DNA from: Aliivibrio fischeri ES114
GTDB taxonomy: Bacteria > Pseudomonadota > Gammaproteobacteria > Enterobacterales > Vibrionaceae
Reading direction: 5' to 3' (one strand)
Assembly (NCBI RefSeq): GCF_000011805.1
Contig: NC_006840.2
DNA: 32,000 nucleotides
Below the pieces are notes generated by a model. That model had not been told where the DNA came from. It saw only the letters and a program-made list of their open reading frames with translations, and did no database searches. The position numbers and the translations under genes were made by a program. Positions 22,212 to 32,000 of the stretch are shown here, piece by piece; within the stretch, counting starts at the first letter, position 1, and every line of letters begins with the position of its first letter.

Positions 22212-23158
22212 AAACGCTCAGCAATACGTAGAACAGAACTACGTGAACGCACATTCTCATTCACTTCATTCTTAGTTGGTTTGATGGCTTTACCAACAGG
22301 CTTCATTTTAGCACTGCCTAATGCTTTAATTTGTTCTTCCGTTAACGGCAAACCATGAGGTACTTGCGGTCCTTTACTTTCTTTACGAATAAAATGCTTA
22401 ACCATACGATCTTCTAGTGAGTGGAAGCTAATCACTGATAAACGACCTTCAGGTGCCAATACATCTAATGCCCCTTTTAGTGCTGTATCAATTTCGTCTA
22501 ACTCACTATTGATATAAATTCGGAATGCTTGGAATGCACGCGTTGCTGGGTGCTTTTTCTCTTTAAAGCTCTTGGGAGCAACCTCAGAAATCAACTTAGC
22601 TAACTGACTAGTTCGAGTTAAAGGTTCATTTTCTTCATTTTCGAGATAAGCAACGATACCTTTAGCAATACGCCAAGCGTGCTTATCTTCACCAAACTCA
22701 CGAATTACCCAAGTAATATCTTCAACATCCGCTTCTTGTAACCACTGAGATACAGGAATGCCTGATGTTGGATCCATACGCATATCCAATGGGCCATCTT
22801 TCATAAAGCTAAAACCACGTTCAGCATCATCTAGTTGTGGAGATGACACACCTAAATCCAGTAATACTCCATCAATTTTTCCTACAAGATCAAGCTCTTC
22901 AACATATTGTTTAAGGCCTGAAAATGGACCATGAATGATAGTAAATTTAGGATCAGTAATCGTTTTTGCTTCAGCAATTGCTTGAGGATCACGGTCAATA
23001 CTATACAAGCGACCATTCTCACCTAATTGAGATAAGATCTGACGGCTGTGGCCACCACGACCAAACGTACCATCGATGTAAATACCATCAGGTTTGATAG
23101 CTAAACCATCAATAGATTCGTGAAGAAGAACGGATACGTGTTGGAATTGTTCAGACAT
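22208..23158 (-). CDS. rsmH: 16S rRNA (cytosine1402-N4)-methyltransferase RsmH (MraW)
   Basis: 316 aa with [13 protein letters not shown]...[12 protein letters not shown]...[10 protein letters not shown]...SFHSLEDR, the RsmH signature motifs. Confidence 0.95.
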   Translation of the reverse strand: MSEQFQHVSVLLHESIDGLAIKPDGIYIDGTFGRGGHSRQILSQLGENGRLYSIDRDPQAIAEAKTITDPKFTIIHGPFSGLKQYVEELDLVGKIDGVLLDLGVSSPQLDDAERGFSFMKDGPLDMRMDPTSGIPVSQWLQEADVEDITWVIREFGEDKHAWRIAKGIVAYLENEENEPLTRTSQLAKLISEVAPKSFKEKKHPATRAFQAFRIYINSELDEIDTALKGALDVLAPEGRLSVISFHSLEDRMVKHFIRKESKGPQVPHGLPLTEEQIKALGSAKMKPVGKAIKPTKNEVNENVRSRSSVLRIAERL

Positions 23159-23215
23159 AGTGAGTATTTACTACCGTAATTATATGAATAAGCAGTTAAA
23201 ATTAAGCCGAAGCTT

Positions 23216-23243
23216 AACCTAAAAATGCAGGAATGTGTGTCAA
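23216..23243 (-). promoter_or_regulatory. Candidate sigma70 promoter for rsmH / the dcw cluster
   Basis: On the minus strand: TTGACA (23243-23238), a 16-nt spacer, then TAGGTT (23221-23216). An alternative perfect TATAAT lies nearer the ATG but has no convincing -35. This is sequence inspection only. Confidence 0.25.
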
Positions 23244-23282
23244 ATTAGTGATAATTCTAAACCAATGTAGCAGAAAGCACAA

Positions 23283-23322
23283 AGCCCACCATAACACTAC
23301 CGAAATAGTACTATGGTGGGCT
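23283..23322 (-). terminator. Strong hairpin terminator immediately 3' of rnpB
   Basis: On the minus strand, AGCCCACCAUAGUACUAU-UUCG-GUAGUGUUAUGGUGGGCU forms an ~18-bp stem (including G-U pairs) with a UUCG tetraloop, followed by UUUGUGCUUUCUG. Confidence 0.75.
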
Positions 23323-23731
<409 letters not shown>

Positions 23732-23788
23732 ATGGGGTGAATGATATAAGAGTCAGTTATAACTTACCACCCCTTTTTCTCAATTCTC

Positions 23789-24652
23789 TTAATCTAAATG
23801 CTCTAAACCCCATTTATATAGCGCATTTTTCTTCACACCATGTATTTCCGCTGCCATTGCCGCTGCTTTTTTAAGCGGAAGTTCTTTTACAAGAATAGAA
23901 AGTGAACGCGTCGCTTCAAATGGGAGTTCATCTTTTGCTTCGCTTCTAAAGCCGTGGATAAGTAAAACCATCTCTCCACGCTTACGATTATCGTCTTCTT
24001 TTATCCATTCAATTAACTCACCTAATGGTGCGCCATGAATCGTTTCATAGGTTTTTGTCAGTTCACGAGCTAATACAACTTGTCGCTCAGGACCAAGAAC
24101 CGTCAACATATCATCTAATGAATCCATAATACGGTGTGGAGACTCATAGAAAATACAAGTGCGCTCTGCTTGTGCAATCTCTTCAAACTTATCACGGCGG
24201 CCTTTACTTTTTGGAGGGAGGAAACCTTCAAAACTAAAACGGTCAGAAGGAAGACCAGCAGCTGAAAGTGCAGTAATAACAGCACAAGCACCAGGTAATG
24301 GCACAACATTTACATTCGCTTGACGACAACGATTGACTAAATGATAACCTGGGTCACTGATTAATGGTGTTCCCGCATCTGAGACAAGAGCTATAGATAG
24401 GCCCTGCTGCAATTTACTGATCAATAAGTCTGCTTTATGCTGTTCGTTATGATCATGCAGTGCAAATGTTTGACTCGCTATACCAAAATGAGACAATAAC
24501 TTACCAGTATGTCGTGTATCTTCCGCGGCAATAAGGTCAACGGACTTTAAAACCTCGATGGCTCGCTGCGTGATATCCCCTAAATTACCGATTGGTGTAG
24601 GAACAATGTACAAAGTTGCAGTATTCACCACAGATAAATTGTGTTCTGTCAT
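23789..24652 (-). CDS. rsmI: 16S rRNA (cytidine1402-2'-O)-methyltransferase RsmI (YraL)
   Basis: [40 protein letters not shown]...ALHDHNEQ...[17 protein letters not shown] is collinear with E. coli RsmI. The ATG at 24652 is preferred, because the 22-aa extension in the ORF track has no counterpart. Confidence 0.92.
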   Translation of the reverse strand: MTEHNLSVVNTATLYIVPTPIGNLGDITQRAIEVLKSVDLIAAEDTRHTGKLLSHFGIASQTFALHDHNEQHKADLLISKLQQGLSIALVSDAGTPLISDPGYHLVNRCRQANVNVVPLPGACAVITALSAAGLPSDRFSFEGFLPPKSKGRRDKFEEIAQAERTCIFYESPHRIMDSLDDMLTVLGPERQVVLARELTKTYETIHGAPLGELIEWIKEDDNRKRGEMVLLIHGFRSEAKDELPFEATRSLSILVKELPLKKAAAMAAEIHGVKKNALYKWGLEHLD

Positions 24653-24830
24653 TTGTTTACTATCTCTTCTGCGATTAATATAGGGAATAATACCAATCTT
24701 AATGATACATTGTTTCATAGATTAGGTATTAGACTAAGCAATCACTATAATCAAAAATATATTTTAGCTGTTTGGGTGATGAGCATCCATAGTAACAACA
24801 GCCCTTTTAAGTAGGACCAGTATATTACCC

Positions 24831-26642
24831 ATGGCAAATATGACCCCGAGAAAGAACAGTGTAACACGCTTGATTGCTCCTGTAGCCTTAGCTCTGACAT
24901 TGGCTGCTTGTTCAAGCTCTCCAAAAGCACCTGATCGTCTGGATATTACTCAATCTCCAACTGAAACGAGTAATGCATATATTTTAAAAGCAGACCAGCA
25001 ACAAGGAGCGCTTGAAGCTGATTTCTTAATCATGGCATTAAAAGCGGCAGTACAAGAGCAAAACTTTGATCTTGCAGATAAGTTGTTTACACGCTTAGCA
25101 ACAATGCAACTCTCTCCGGCACAAACAGCAGAAATGCAACTTGCACATGCCAAAATGCTGAAATCTCAAAGCCAATACGAAGATGCATTAAAAACGCTAA
25201 ATTTTGAGGCATGGTGGAAGTTAGAAAACAGCCAATGGGTCGAGTATCACAAATTACGCCATGAATTATATTTATTAAGCGGTGATAATCTAAACTCAGC
25301 TCGTGAGTTAATTGAATTAGAACCATTCACTGCAGAAGATCAAAAAGCACAGCTTTGGACTCAAGTTTGGACAAGTGTTTCTTCATTAAACAGTACCGCT
25401 CTTGAAGAAGTAAAACTTGATGAAACAGAAACTAATTTACATGGCTGGGTACAACTAGCTACTTACTTAGATACGCTGAAGCACTCTCCAATGCGTTTAC
25501 AAGAAACCTTAAATGAATGGTTACTTGCAAATCCAACACATCCAGCAGCGACTTACACACCTCAAGTCATCTTAGATATTCTTGCTCTTGAAATTGTTCG
25601 TCCTGAAAATGTAGCACTACTATTACCTTTAAGTGGTCGCTTTGGACCTCAAGGTATTCGTGTTCGTGATGGTTTCATTAATGCCATGATGGAAGATAAA
25701 GAGCGAGACGAGTTTACTAAGCTTAAAGTCATTGATACTCAAGCGACATCAATGGCAGAAATAATGACCACATTAGAAAAAGAACAAATTCAATTTGTTG
25801 TTGGACCTTTAGTCCGTAGTAAAATTGAAGAGTTCCAGTCTTTAAATTCAACTGAGATTGCGCAACTAGCTCTTAATATCCCAAGTGAAATTGATACTGA
25901 TATAAACAGTTGTTATTTCACACTGTCGCCAGAACAAGAAGCAGAGCAAGCGGCTGTACATCTATTTAAACAAGGCTTTAAACACCCACTTTATCTTGCA
26001 CCACAAGGCACAATGGGTGAGCGATTAAGCCAAGCCTTCAGTGATAAATGGTTCCAACTAACAGCAAAACGTCCGTCAATCAGCTACTTTGGGTCAAAAG
26101 CGCAACTACAACAGAAAGTAAACAGTGTTTTTGGTATTGAAAGTAGCCAAGCTCGTATCTACCAAATGAACGCATTAGCGAGCATGGAATTAGAAGCTCA
26201 ACCTCGTAGTCGTCGTGACATTGATGCGGTTTACATGGTAGCTAAAAGCAGTGAGTTGGTTCTATTAAAACCTTTCATTGAAGTTGCGATTAATCCTGGA
26301 ATTAAACCACCAAAACTGTATGCAAGTTCTCGTAGTAACAGTGGCCGTCAAACTCAGCTAGTTGAAATTAAAGGCATTGAGTTTAGTGACATTCCATTAT
26401 TAACAAATGAAAACCACAGTTTTAAAGCGCAATACGATGAATTGTGGCCAAAAAGTAGCAACGGTGAAACTCGACTTCATGCTCTAGGTATGGATGCTTA
26501 CCAGTTGGTTGCTGAACTACCTCAAATGAAAGCCGTTGATAATTACCGTATGGAAGGTAAAACAGGTGAACTAAGCCTGAACCAAGAGTGCGTAATTCAA
26601 CGTAAAATGAGCTGGGCTGTTCATGGAGAAGAAACAGAATAA
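24831..26642 (+). CDS. lpoA: Penicillin-binding protein activator LpoA (YraM), outer-membrane lipoprotein
   Basis: Lipobox LTLAAC after a signal peptide, a TPR-like N-terminal region and a periplasmic-binding-protein-like C-terminal region. It is in the conserved position, divergent from rsmI and upstream of yraN. Confidence 0.85.
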   Translation: MANMTPRKNSVTRLIAPVALALTLAACSSSPKAPDRLDITQSPTETSNAYILKADQQQGALEADFLIMALKAAVQEQNFDLADKLFTRLATMQLSPAQTAEMQLAHAKMLKSQSQYEDALKTLNFEAWWKLENSQWVEYHKLRHELYLLSGDNLNSARELIELEPFTAEDQKAQLWTQVWTSVSSLNSTALEEVKLDETETNLHGWVQLATYLDTLKHSPMRLQETLNEWLLANPTHPAATYTPQVILDILALEIVRPENVALLLPLSGRFGPQGIRVRDGFINAMMEDKERDEFTKLKVIDTQATSMAEIMTTLEKEQIQFVVGPLVRSKIEEFQSLNSTEIAQLALNIPSEIDTDINSCYFTLSPEQEAEQAAVHLFKQGFKHPLYLAPQGTMGERLSQAFSDKWFQLTAKRPSISYFGSKAQLQQKVNSVFGIESSQARIYQMNALASMELEAQPRSRRDIDAVYMVAKSSELVLLKPFIEVAINPGIKPPKLYASSRSNSGRQTQLVEIKGIEFSDIPLLTNENHSFKAQYDELWPKSSNGETRLHALGMDAYQLVAELPQMKAVDNYRMEGKTGELSLNQECVIQRKMSWAVHGEETE

Positions 26643-26994
26643 GCGAGCAAAGGGCGAATTTTATGAGTTGATGGCACAACGCTATTTAGAGCAACATCAA
26701 CTCACATTCATTGCCCGCAATTTCCAGTCAAAAACCGGAGAACTTGATCTCATCATGCGAGATCAAGATTCTTTTGTGTTTGTTGAAGTAAAATACCGTA
26801 ACACTTCAAATTTCGGTTCTGCGCAAGAAATGGTAACATGGCAAAAACAGCGCAAATTACAGCGAACCGCTCTCTTCTGGCTTATGAAGAATAAGCTCTC
26901 TGTTGAACATACATCTTTTAGATTTGATGTCGTTGCTATCCATGCTCAAGGTAAGGAAATCAACTGGATCAAAAATGCTATTGTTGAAGGGTAA
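26623..26994 (+). CDS. yraN: YraN family protein (UPF0102, endonuclease-like fold)
   Basis: 123 aa with GELDLIMRD...FVEVKYR...FRFDVVAI, matching the E. coli YraN pattern GEIDLIMRE...FVEVRYR...CRFDVVAF. It overlaps the lpoA 3' end by 20 nt. Confidence 0.85.
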   Translation: MEKKQNKRAKGEFYELMAQRYLEQHQLTFIARNFQSKTGELDLIMRDQDSFVFVEVKYRNTSNFGSAQEMVTWQKQRKLQRTALFWLMKNKLSVEHTSFRFDVVAIHAQGKEINWIKNAIVEG

Positions 26995-27588
<594 letters not shown>

Positions 27589-27592
27589 TAAT

Positions 27593-28180
27593 ATGAAATT
27601 AGTGAAATTAAGTGCTTTACTGCTTTCTGCGGTATTACTGCAAGGTTGTGCTGGCTTGTTCATTGCAGGAGCGGCAACAACCGCGTCTGTTGTAACAGAT
27701 AACCGCACAGTAAAAGAGCAACTATCAGACAAAAACTTATCCCTTGAAGCTACTGGGCTTGCCAATAAAGCACCTTACCAATACAACATGCGAGTTAGTG
27801 CTGTTGCTTATGACGGTAAAGTTCTATTAATGGGACAAGCAAAAGATGCTCAAATGAATCAAGACTTTGAGAAAAAGATAAAAGATATGAAAGGAGTGAA
27901 TACGGTTTATAACCAAATCAGAGTTCGCCCATTACTCACTTTTACTCAAATCAATAATGACAGCTGGATCACGACAAAAGTGAAATCTTCACTCCTCGCC
28001 AAAAGTGAATTAAACGGAATAAAAATCAGTGTATTTACTGAAGCTCAAGAAGTGTTCTTAGTTGGCTTTGTAACAGAAGAACAAGGCAACATTGCAGCAG
28101 ACGTCGCTCGTAATATCAAGGGCGTAAAAGGCGTAATTAAAGCATTTGAATACGGCCAAGGTGGCAGTGTCGAGCAATAG
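27593..28180 (+). CDS. dolP: Division/outer-membrane stress-associated lipid-binding lipoprotein DolP (YraP), two BON domains
   Basis: Signal peptide plus lipobox LLQGCAG, and two BON-like repeats (...V.V.AYDGKVLLMGQ... / ...I.V.TEAQEVFLVGFV...). The position after diaA is conserved. The ATG at 27593 is preferred to the ORF-track start, which overlaps diaA. Confidence 0.8.
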   Translation: MKLVKLSALLLSAVLLQGCAGLFIAGAATTASVVTDNRTVKEQLSDKNLSLEATGLANKAPYQYNMRVSAVAYDGKVLLMGQAKDAQMNQDFEKKIKDMKGVNTVYNQIRVRPLLTFTQINNDSWITTKVKSSLLAKSELNGIKISVFTEAQEVFLVGFVTEEQGNIAADVARNIKGVKGVIKAFEYGQGGSVEQ

Positions 28181-28199
28181 TTAATAACCAAAGCACAAT

Positions 28200-28227
28200 A
28201 AAAAGCCTACATTTCTGTAGGCTTTTT
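28200..28227. terminator. Bidirectional rho-independent terminator between convergent dolP and sspB
   Basis: A-run at 28200-28204, stem agcctaca (28204-28211) / tgtaggct (28216-28223) with loop tttc, T-run at 28223-28227. Confidence 0.75.
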
Positions 28228-28249
28228 AGTTGGATTCAATTGTTGCACT

Positions 28250-28714
28250 TTACTTAACGACTCTTAAGCTCGGACGACCACTTGGACGCGGAGGTTCAGG
28301 CTCATCATCTGATGATGTATTATCTTCAGAAACAGCATTTAAATTTGTTTCTTCTTCAAAAATACCTTCATCATCTGTCATCTCATACGCTTCTTCTGGT
28401 TCAAACATGGTTCCTGCACCGTTTTCACGAGCATAAATAGCTTGAATTGCGTACAAAGGTAAAATGATTGAATGTGGGCGACCACTGAAACGTGCATTAA
28501 ATGTCACGGCTTCATTACCCATCTCCAAGTTACCAACAGAGTGTGGTGCTACGTTTAAAACAATTTGACCATCTTGAACAAACTCTTCTGGAACTCGAAC
28601 ACCATTCATTGTTGCATCAACAACAAGATGAGGCGTCAGCTCGTTATCTACGATCCATTCATAGAACGCTCGTAATAAATAAGGGCGACGCGGCATCATT
28701 GAGCGAATATCCAT
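28250..28714 (-). CDS. sspB: ClpXP adaptor / stringent starvation protein B SspB
   Basis: PRRPYLLRAFYEWIVDNELTPHLVVD...YARENGAGTMFEPE...and the C-terminal RPSLRVVK (ClpX-binding tail) match E. coli SspB. The start overlaps the sspA stop (TAATG). Confidence 0.93.
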   Translation of the reverse strand: MDIRSMMPRRPYLLRAFYEWIVDNELTPHLVVDATMNGVRVPEEFVQDGQIVLNVAPHSVGNLEMGNEAVTFNARFSGRPHSIILPLYAIQAIYARENGAGTMFEPEEAYEMTDDEGIFEEETNLNAVSEDNTSSDDEPEPPRPSGRPSLRVVK

Positions 28715-29349
28715 TAGTTAGTTAAACGTAGTTCACGTTCTGCTTCTGTTAGAGAAGCTAGGAATGAATCACGCTCAAATACTCGGTTCATGTATACTTT
28801 TAATTCTTTAGCGCCAGGGCCTGATAATTCAATACCCATAGATGGCAAACGCCATAATAACGGAGCTAAGTAACAATCCACTAAGCTAAACTCATCACTC
28901 ATGAAGTATGTGTATTCAGCAAAGATTGGACCTAACATTAGTAGGTCATTGCGTAGCTTGTTACGTGCAGCTTCAGATTCTTCGAATGAACCTTTAACCA
29001 CTTTCTCAGCTAGTGAGTACCAGTTTGTCTCAACACGGTGCATCATTAGACGGCTGTTACCACGAGCTACAGGGTAAACAGGCATCAATGGTGGATGAGG
29101 AAAACGCTCATCTAAGTATTCCATGATGATGTTAGAGTTGTATAGAGCAAGCTCACGATCAACTAGTGTAGGTACAGTTTTGTAAGGGTTTAATTCTACA
29201 AGTTCTGCAGGTAAGTTGGATGGATCAACCAATTCAACTTCAACACTTACTCCTTTCTCAGCAAGTACGATACGTACTTGATGACTGTACATGTCAGAAG
29301 CGTCTGAAAAAAGCGTCATTACTGAGCGTTTGTTGGCAGCAACAGCCAT
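28714..29349 (-). CDS. sspA: Stringent starvation protein A SspA (GST-like, RNAP-associated)
   Basis: MAVAANKRSVMTLFS...YSHQVRIVLAEKGVSVE...FPHPPLMPVYPVARG...SLVDCYLAPLLWRLP is almost identical to E. coli SspA. The ATG at 29349 is preceded by GGAGGGG. The ORF-track start at 29388 is an upstream extension. Confidence 0.96.
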   Translation of the reverse strand: MAVAANKRSVMTLFSDASDMYSHQVRIVLAEKGVSVEVELVDPSNLPAELVELNPYKTVPTLVDRELALYNSNIIMEYLDERFPHPPLMPVYPVARGNSRLMMHRVETNWYSLAEKVVKGSFEESEAARNKLRNDLLMLGPIFAEYTYFMSDEFSLVDCYLAPLLWRLPSMGIELSGPGAKELKVYMNRVFERDSFLASLTEAERELRLTN

Positions 29350-29435
29350 TGAGCCCCTCCGGTATTTATCTAGGAACAAAAGCACCACATTTAGGGTGCC
29401 GTCATCTATTATTACTATAAAAATAATAGTGACAC

Positions 29436-29463
29436 AAAAACAATGGAGGCTGAGCCTCCATTG
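29436..29463 (-). terminator. Rho-independent terminator downstream of petC
   Basis: A 10-bp stem caatggaggc / gcctccattg (29441-29463), followed on the minus strand by TTTTTGTG (complement of 29433-29440). Confidence 0.7.
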
Positions 29464-29492
29464 CGTACAATTAACGATCTAGAATATCACGA

Positions 29493-30230
29493 TTAGTGGA
29501 CATCACGCCAATATTCTTTCTTAAGTAAATAAGAAACAAAGGCGAATATCACTAAAAAGCCCATAACCCACCAACCTAAACGATGGCGTTCAAGTTTTAC
29601 AGGATCACCTGAGTATTCTAAAAAGTTAACTAAATCGCGAACCGCTGTATCGTATTCACCAGAGCTAAGCTCTCCAGTGCCATCAGACTCAACCCCAACA
29701 ACAACTTTATGCTCAACACCATCAACCGTTGTAGTTTCATAAACTGGTGTAGTTACCCCTTGTAGCTCTTGAAGTACATGAGGCATACCAACACTTGGGA
29801 ACACCATATTATTCACACCAAATGGACGAGTAGGATCCGCATAGAAAGTACGTAAATAAGTATATAACCAATCGGTACCTCGCACGCGAGCTACAAGTGT
29901 TAAATCTGGAGGCGGAGCACCAAACCAGTTAGCTGCTTGTTTTTCAGGGATCGCACTCTTCATTAAGTCACCGATCTTGGCGTCAGGATTAAACACTAAG
30001 TTTTCCATCATCAAATCAGGTGGAATCCCTAAGTCTTCAGCAACACGGTTATAGCGCTGATATTGTGTTGAGTGGCAACCGGCACAATAATTCATGAAGA
30101 TCTTCGCACCATTTTGTAGAGATGCTTGATCGCTAATATCATTATTCGCTTTATCTAATGGTACGTTTGCACCTGCTGCCATCGCCATTGATGGCAACAA
30201 AGCAAAAAGCACTAAAATCAACTTTTTCAT
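29493..30230 (-). CDS. petC: Ubiquinol-cytochrome c reductase, cytochrome c1 subunit
   Basis: Signal peptide, haem-binding CAGCH, a C-terminal TM anchor, and a 4-nt overlap with petB. Confidence 0.9.
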   Translation of the reverse strand: MKKLILVLFALLPSMAMAAGANVPLDKANNDISDQASLQNGAKIFMNYCAGCHSTQYQRYNRVAEDLGIPPDLMMENLVFNPDAKIGDLMKSAIPEKQAANWFGAPPPDLTLVARVRGTDWLYTYLRTFYADPTRPFGVNNMVFPSVGMPHVLQELQGVTTPVYETTTVDGVEHKVVVGVESDGTGELSSGEYDTAVRDLVNFLEYSGDPVKLERHRLGWWVMGFLVIFAFVSYLLKKEYWRDVH

Positions 30231-31495
30231 TTGAATGTCACCCTCTCTGGTAATGGTTTTGTGACTTCATTTTTACTGTAAATAAACAGAATAACGAAGA
30301 ACATAAAGTACATCAGACTAAAGATTTGAGCTAACAGCGTATAAGTTGGTGTTGCAGGTAACGCACCTAATACACCTAATGCAATAAAGCTGATAGTAAA
30401 TTGGATAATATTCAACAAGTGTAACTTGCTACGGTAACGATAAGAGCGAACCTTACAACGATCCAACCATGGAAGTAAGAACAATACGACTATCGACGCC
30501 CCCATTGCTACTACCCCTAATAATTTATCAGGAACCGCACGCAAGATGGCATAGAATGGTGTGAAATACCAAACAGGCGCAATGTGCTCAGGGGTTTTTA
30601 ATGGGTTTGCAGCTTCAAAGTTAGGCGGCTCAAGGAAGTAGCCTCCCATTTCAGGATTAAAGAACAACACGTAACAGAAGAAAAATAAGAAACCAGCCAC
30701 ACCAATCATATCTTTAACCGTTCCATAAGGATGGAAAGGCACTGAATCAATGATGTTATATTTACTTGTGTAATATTCGTGGAACTTAAACTGTGTTTTA
30801 TGCTCACCTTTATCGTCTTTTGCTTTTGGTAGTTTAGTTTCAATACCATCAGGGTTATTAGAACCAACCTCATGCAAAGCTAAAATATGAAGAACAACTA
30901 GAAGTAATAAAACAATTGGTAGTGCAATAACATGAAGTGCAAAGAAACGGTTTAGCGTCGCTCCCGAAATAACATAGTCACCACGGATCCAAAGGGTAAG
31001 ATCATCACCAATAATAGGAATTGCGCCAAATAAAGAAATGATTACTTGAGCTCCCCAGTAAGACATTTGACCCCAAGGTAATAAATACCCCATGAATGCT
31101 TCAGCCATTAAAACTAAGAAGATCAACATACCAAATAACCACAACAGTTCACGCGGCTTTTGATAAGAACCATAAATTAGACCACGAAACATATGCAGGT
31201 AAACAACAACAAAAAAGGCAGATGCCCCAGTTGAGTGCATATAACGAAGTAACCATCCATAATCAACATCACGCATGATGTATTCAACAGAGGCAAACGC
31301 ACCTTCACCAGAAGGAACATAGTTCATCGTTAACCAAATACCAGTTACGATCTGATTAACCAAAACCAACATGGCCAAAGAGCCAAAGAAATACCAAAAG
31401 TTAAAGTTTTTTGGCATTGGGTACTCTGATAAATGCTTCTTATATGCATTCATCGCAGGCAGACGCTTCTCTACCCAATCAAGTAACGGTTGCAT
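30227..31495 (-). CDS. petB: Ubiquinol-cytochrome c reductase, cytochrome b subunit
   Basis: A 422-aa polytopic protein with cytochrome b motifs (NFNFWYFFGSL, paired His ligands in RYMHSTGAS..H and FFALHV..P..L...HILALH, and the PEWYF-like VWYFTPFY). Confidence 0.95.
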   Translation of the reverse strand: MQPLLDWVEKRLPAMNAYKKHLSEYPMPKNFNFWYFFGSLAMLVLVNQIVTGIWLTMNYVPSGEGAFASVEYIMRDVDYGWLLRYMHSTGASAFFVVVYLHMFRGLIYGSYQKPRELLWLFGMLIFLVLMAEAFMGYLLPWGQMSYWGAQVIISLFGAIPIIGDDLTLWIRGDYVISGATLNRFFALHVIALPIVLLLLVVLHILALHEVGSNNPDGIETKLPKAKDDKGEHKTQFKFHEYYTSKYNIIDSVPFHPYGTVKDMIGVAGFLFFFCYVLFFNPEMGGYFLEPPNFEAANPLKTPEHIAPVWYFTPFYAILRAVPDKLLGVVAMGASIVVLFLLPWLDRCKVRSYRYRSKLHLLNIIQFTISFIALGVLGALPATPTYTLLAQIFSLMYFMFFVILFIYSKNEVTKPLPERVTFK

Positions 31496-32000
31496 TAGGC
31501 TTCCCCTCCTTCATCAACCCCAACTAGGATACGAGTATCACTAAGGTACATGTGCTTAGGAACAACAAGATTCAGAGGTGCCGGAACACCTTGGAATACT
31601 CGACCCGCCATATCAAATTTAGAGCCATGACATGGGCAGAAGAAACCAGAATTAACCCCCTCAACTTGTTCACTAAAACTGTCAGGTAAATAGGTAGGTG
31701 AACAGCCAAGGTGAGTACAGATGCCAACTGCTAAAAAGATTTCTGGCTTAATTGAGCGATATGCATTTTGAGCATATTCAGGTTGTTGTTCTTCCCCAGA
31801 AGACGGGTCTCGAAGTTGACCCTCAATTTCAGTTAATGATTGTAAAAGTGCTTCTGAACGACGAACAACCCATACAGGTTTTCCTCGCCACTCAACACGA
31901 ACCATCTGCCCATCCTCGAGCTTACTGATATCGACTTCAACCGGAGCACCAGCAGCTTTCGCTTTTGCACTCGGGTTCCAAGATTTAATAAAAGGTACGG
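31495..32000 (-). CDS. petA: Ubiquinol-cytochrome c reductase, Rieske iron-sulfur subunit (5' end outside window)
   Basis: Rieske boxes CTHLGC and CPCHGS. The frame stays open upstream of the ORF-track start to the window edge (..VPFIKSWNPSAKAKAAGAPVEVDISKLEDGQMVRVEW). Confidence 0.93.
   Translation of the reverse strand, partial: VPFIKSWNPSAKAKAAGAPVEVDISKLEDGQMVRVEWRGKPVWVVRRSEALLQSLTEIEGQLRDPSSGEEQQPEYAQNAYRSIKPEIFLAVGICTHLGCSPTYLPDSFSEQVEGVNSGFFCPCHGSKFDMAGRVFQGVPAPLNLVVPKHMYLSDTRILVGVDEGGEA

Noticed and set aside
23734-23778. GGGGTG...CACCCC inverted repeat followed by TTTTT between rsmI and rnpB
   Set aside because: The ~28-nt loop makes a stable hairpin doubtful. The T-run is on the + strand, where nothing is transcribed toward it. 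On the minus strand, downstream of rsmI, it lacks a U-tract. This region more likely just contains the rnpB promoter, which I could not place confidently.
24653-24718. N-terminal extension of rsmI. Similar upstream extensions occur for sspA (29350-29388), dolP (27545-27592), murG (13710-13730), murC (12630-12641) and mraY (17306-17314)
   Set aside because: The extensions have no homologous residues in the E. coli orthologues. The internal ATGs have better SD or stop-start coupling context (TAATG/ATGA overlaps).
29406-29430. Inverted repeat CTATTATT-n8-AATAATAG upstream of sspA
   Set aside because: Pure A/T 8-mers in an AT-rich promoter region, so chance occurrence is plausible. No second copy or known operator consensus was recognised.

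Overview
This window is conserved core-genome sequence from a Vibrionaceae-like gammaproteobacterium. That assignment is inferred from gene order, protein similarity to E. coli and Vibrio orthologues recalled from memory, and an apparently low-to-moderate GC content. I found no accessory island or novel multi-gene system.

Gene content, left to right:
- pilD (5' partial)-coaE-zapD-yacG on the + strand, then convergent mutT-secA on the - strand.
- A divergent DUF721/DciA-like gene on the + strand.
- An almost complete dcw cluster on the - strand: lpxC, ftsZ, ftsA, ftsQ, murC, murG, ftsW, murD, mraY, murF, murE, ftsI, ftsL, rsmH.
- RNase P RNA (rnpB, -) and rsmI (-).
- lpoA-yraN-diaA-dolP on the + strand.
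- sspB-sspA (-) and the cytochrome bc1 operon petC-petB-petA (-, petA runs off the right edge).

Nearly every ORF of 60 aa or more that is not one of these genes is an antisense shadow. I see no transposase, integrase, CRISPR array, long repeat, toxin-antitoxin pair or defence gene.

Points worth a second look:
1. murD is split by a one-nucleotide frame disruption near its 5' end.
2. coaE loses its conserved C-terminal tail to a one-nucleotide frame disruption, probably at an A4 run.
3. mraZ, normally the first dcw gene, is missing. Only about 165 bp lie between rnpB and rsmH.
4. No ddlB lies between murC and ftsQ.
5. The 332-bp secA/dciA-like divergent region has no secM-sized ORF. It does contain palindromes and a weak 45-codon ORF.
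6. FtsZ has an unusually long Pro/Ala/Gln/Val-rich linker.

Two frame disruptions in essential or conserved genes within 32 kb point first to sequence error, and only second to real gene decay.
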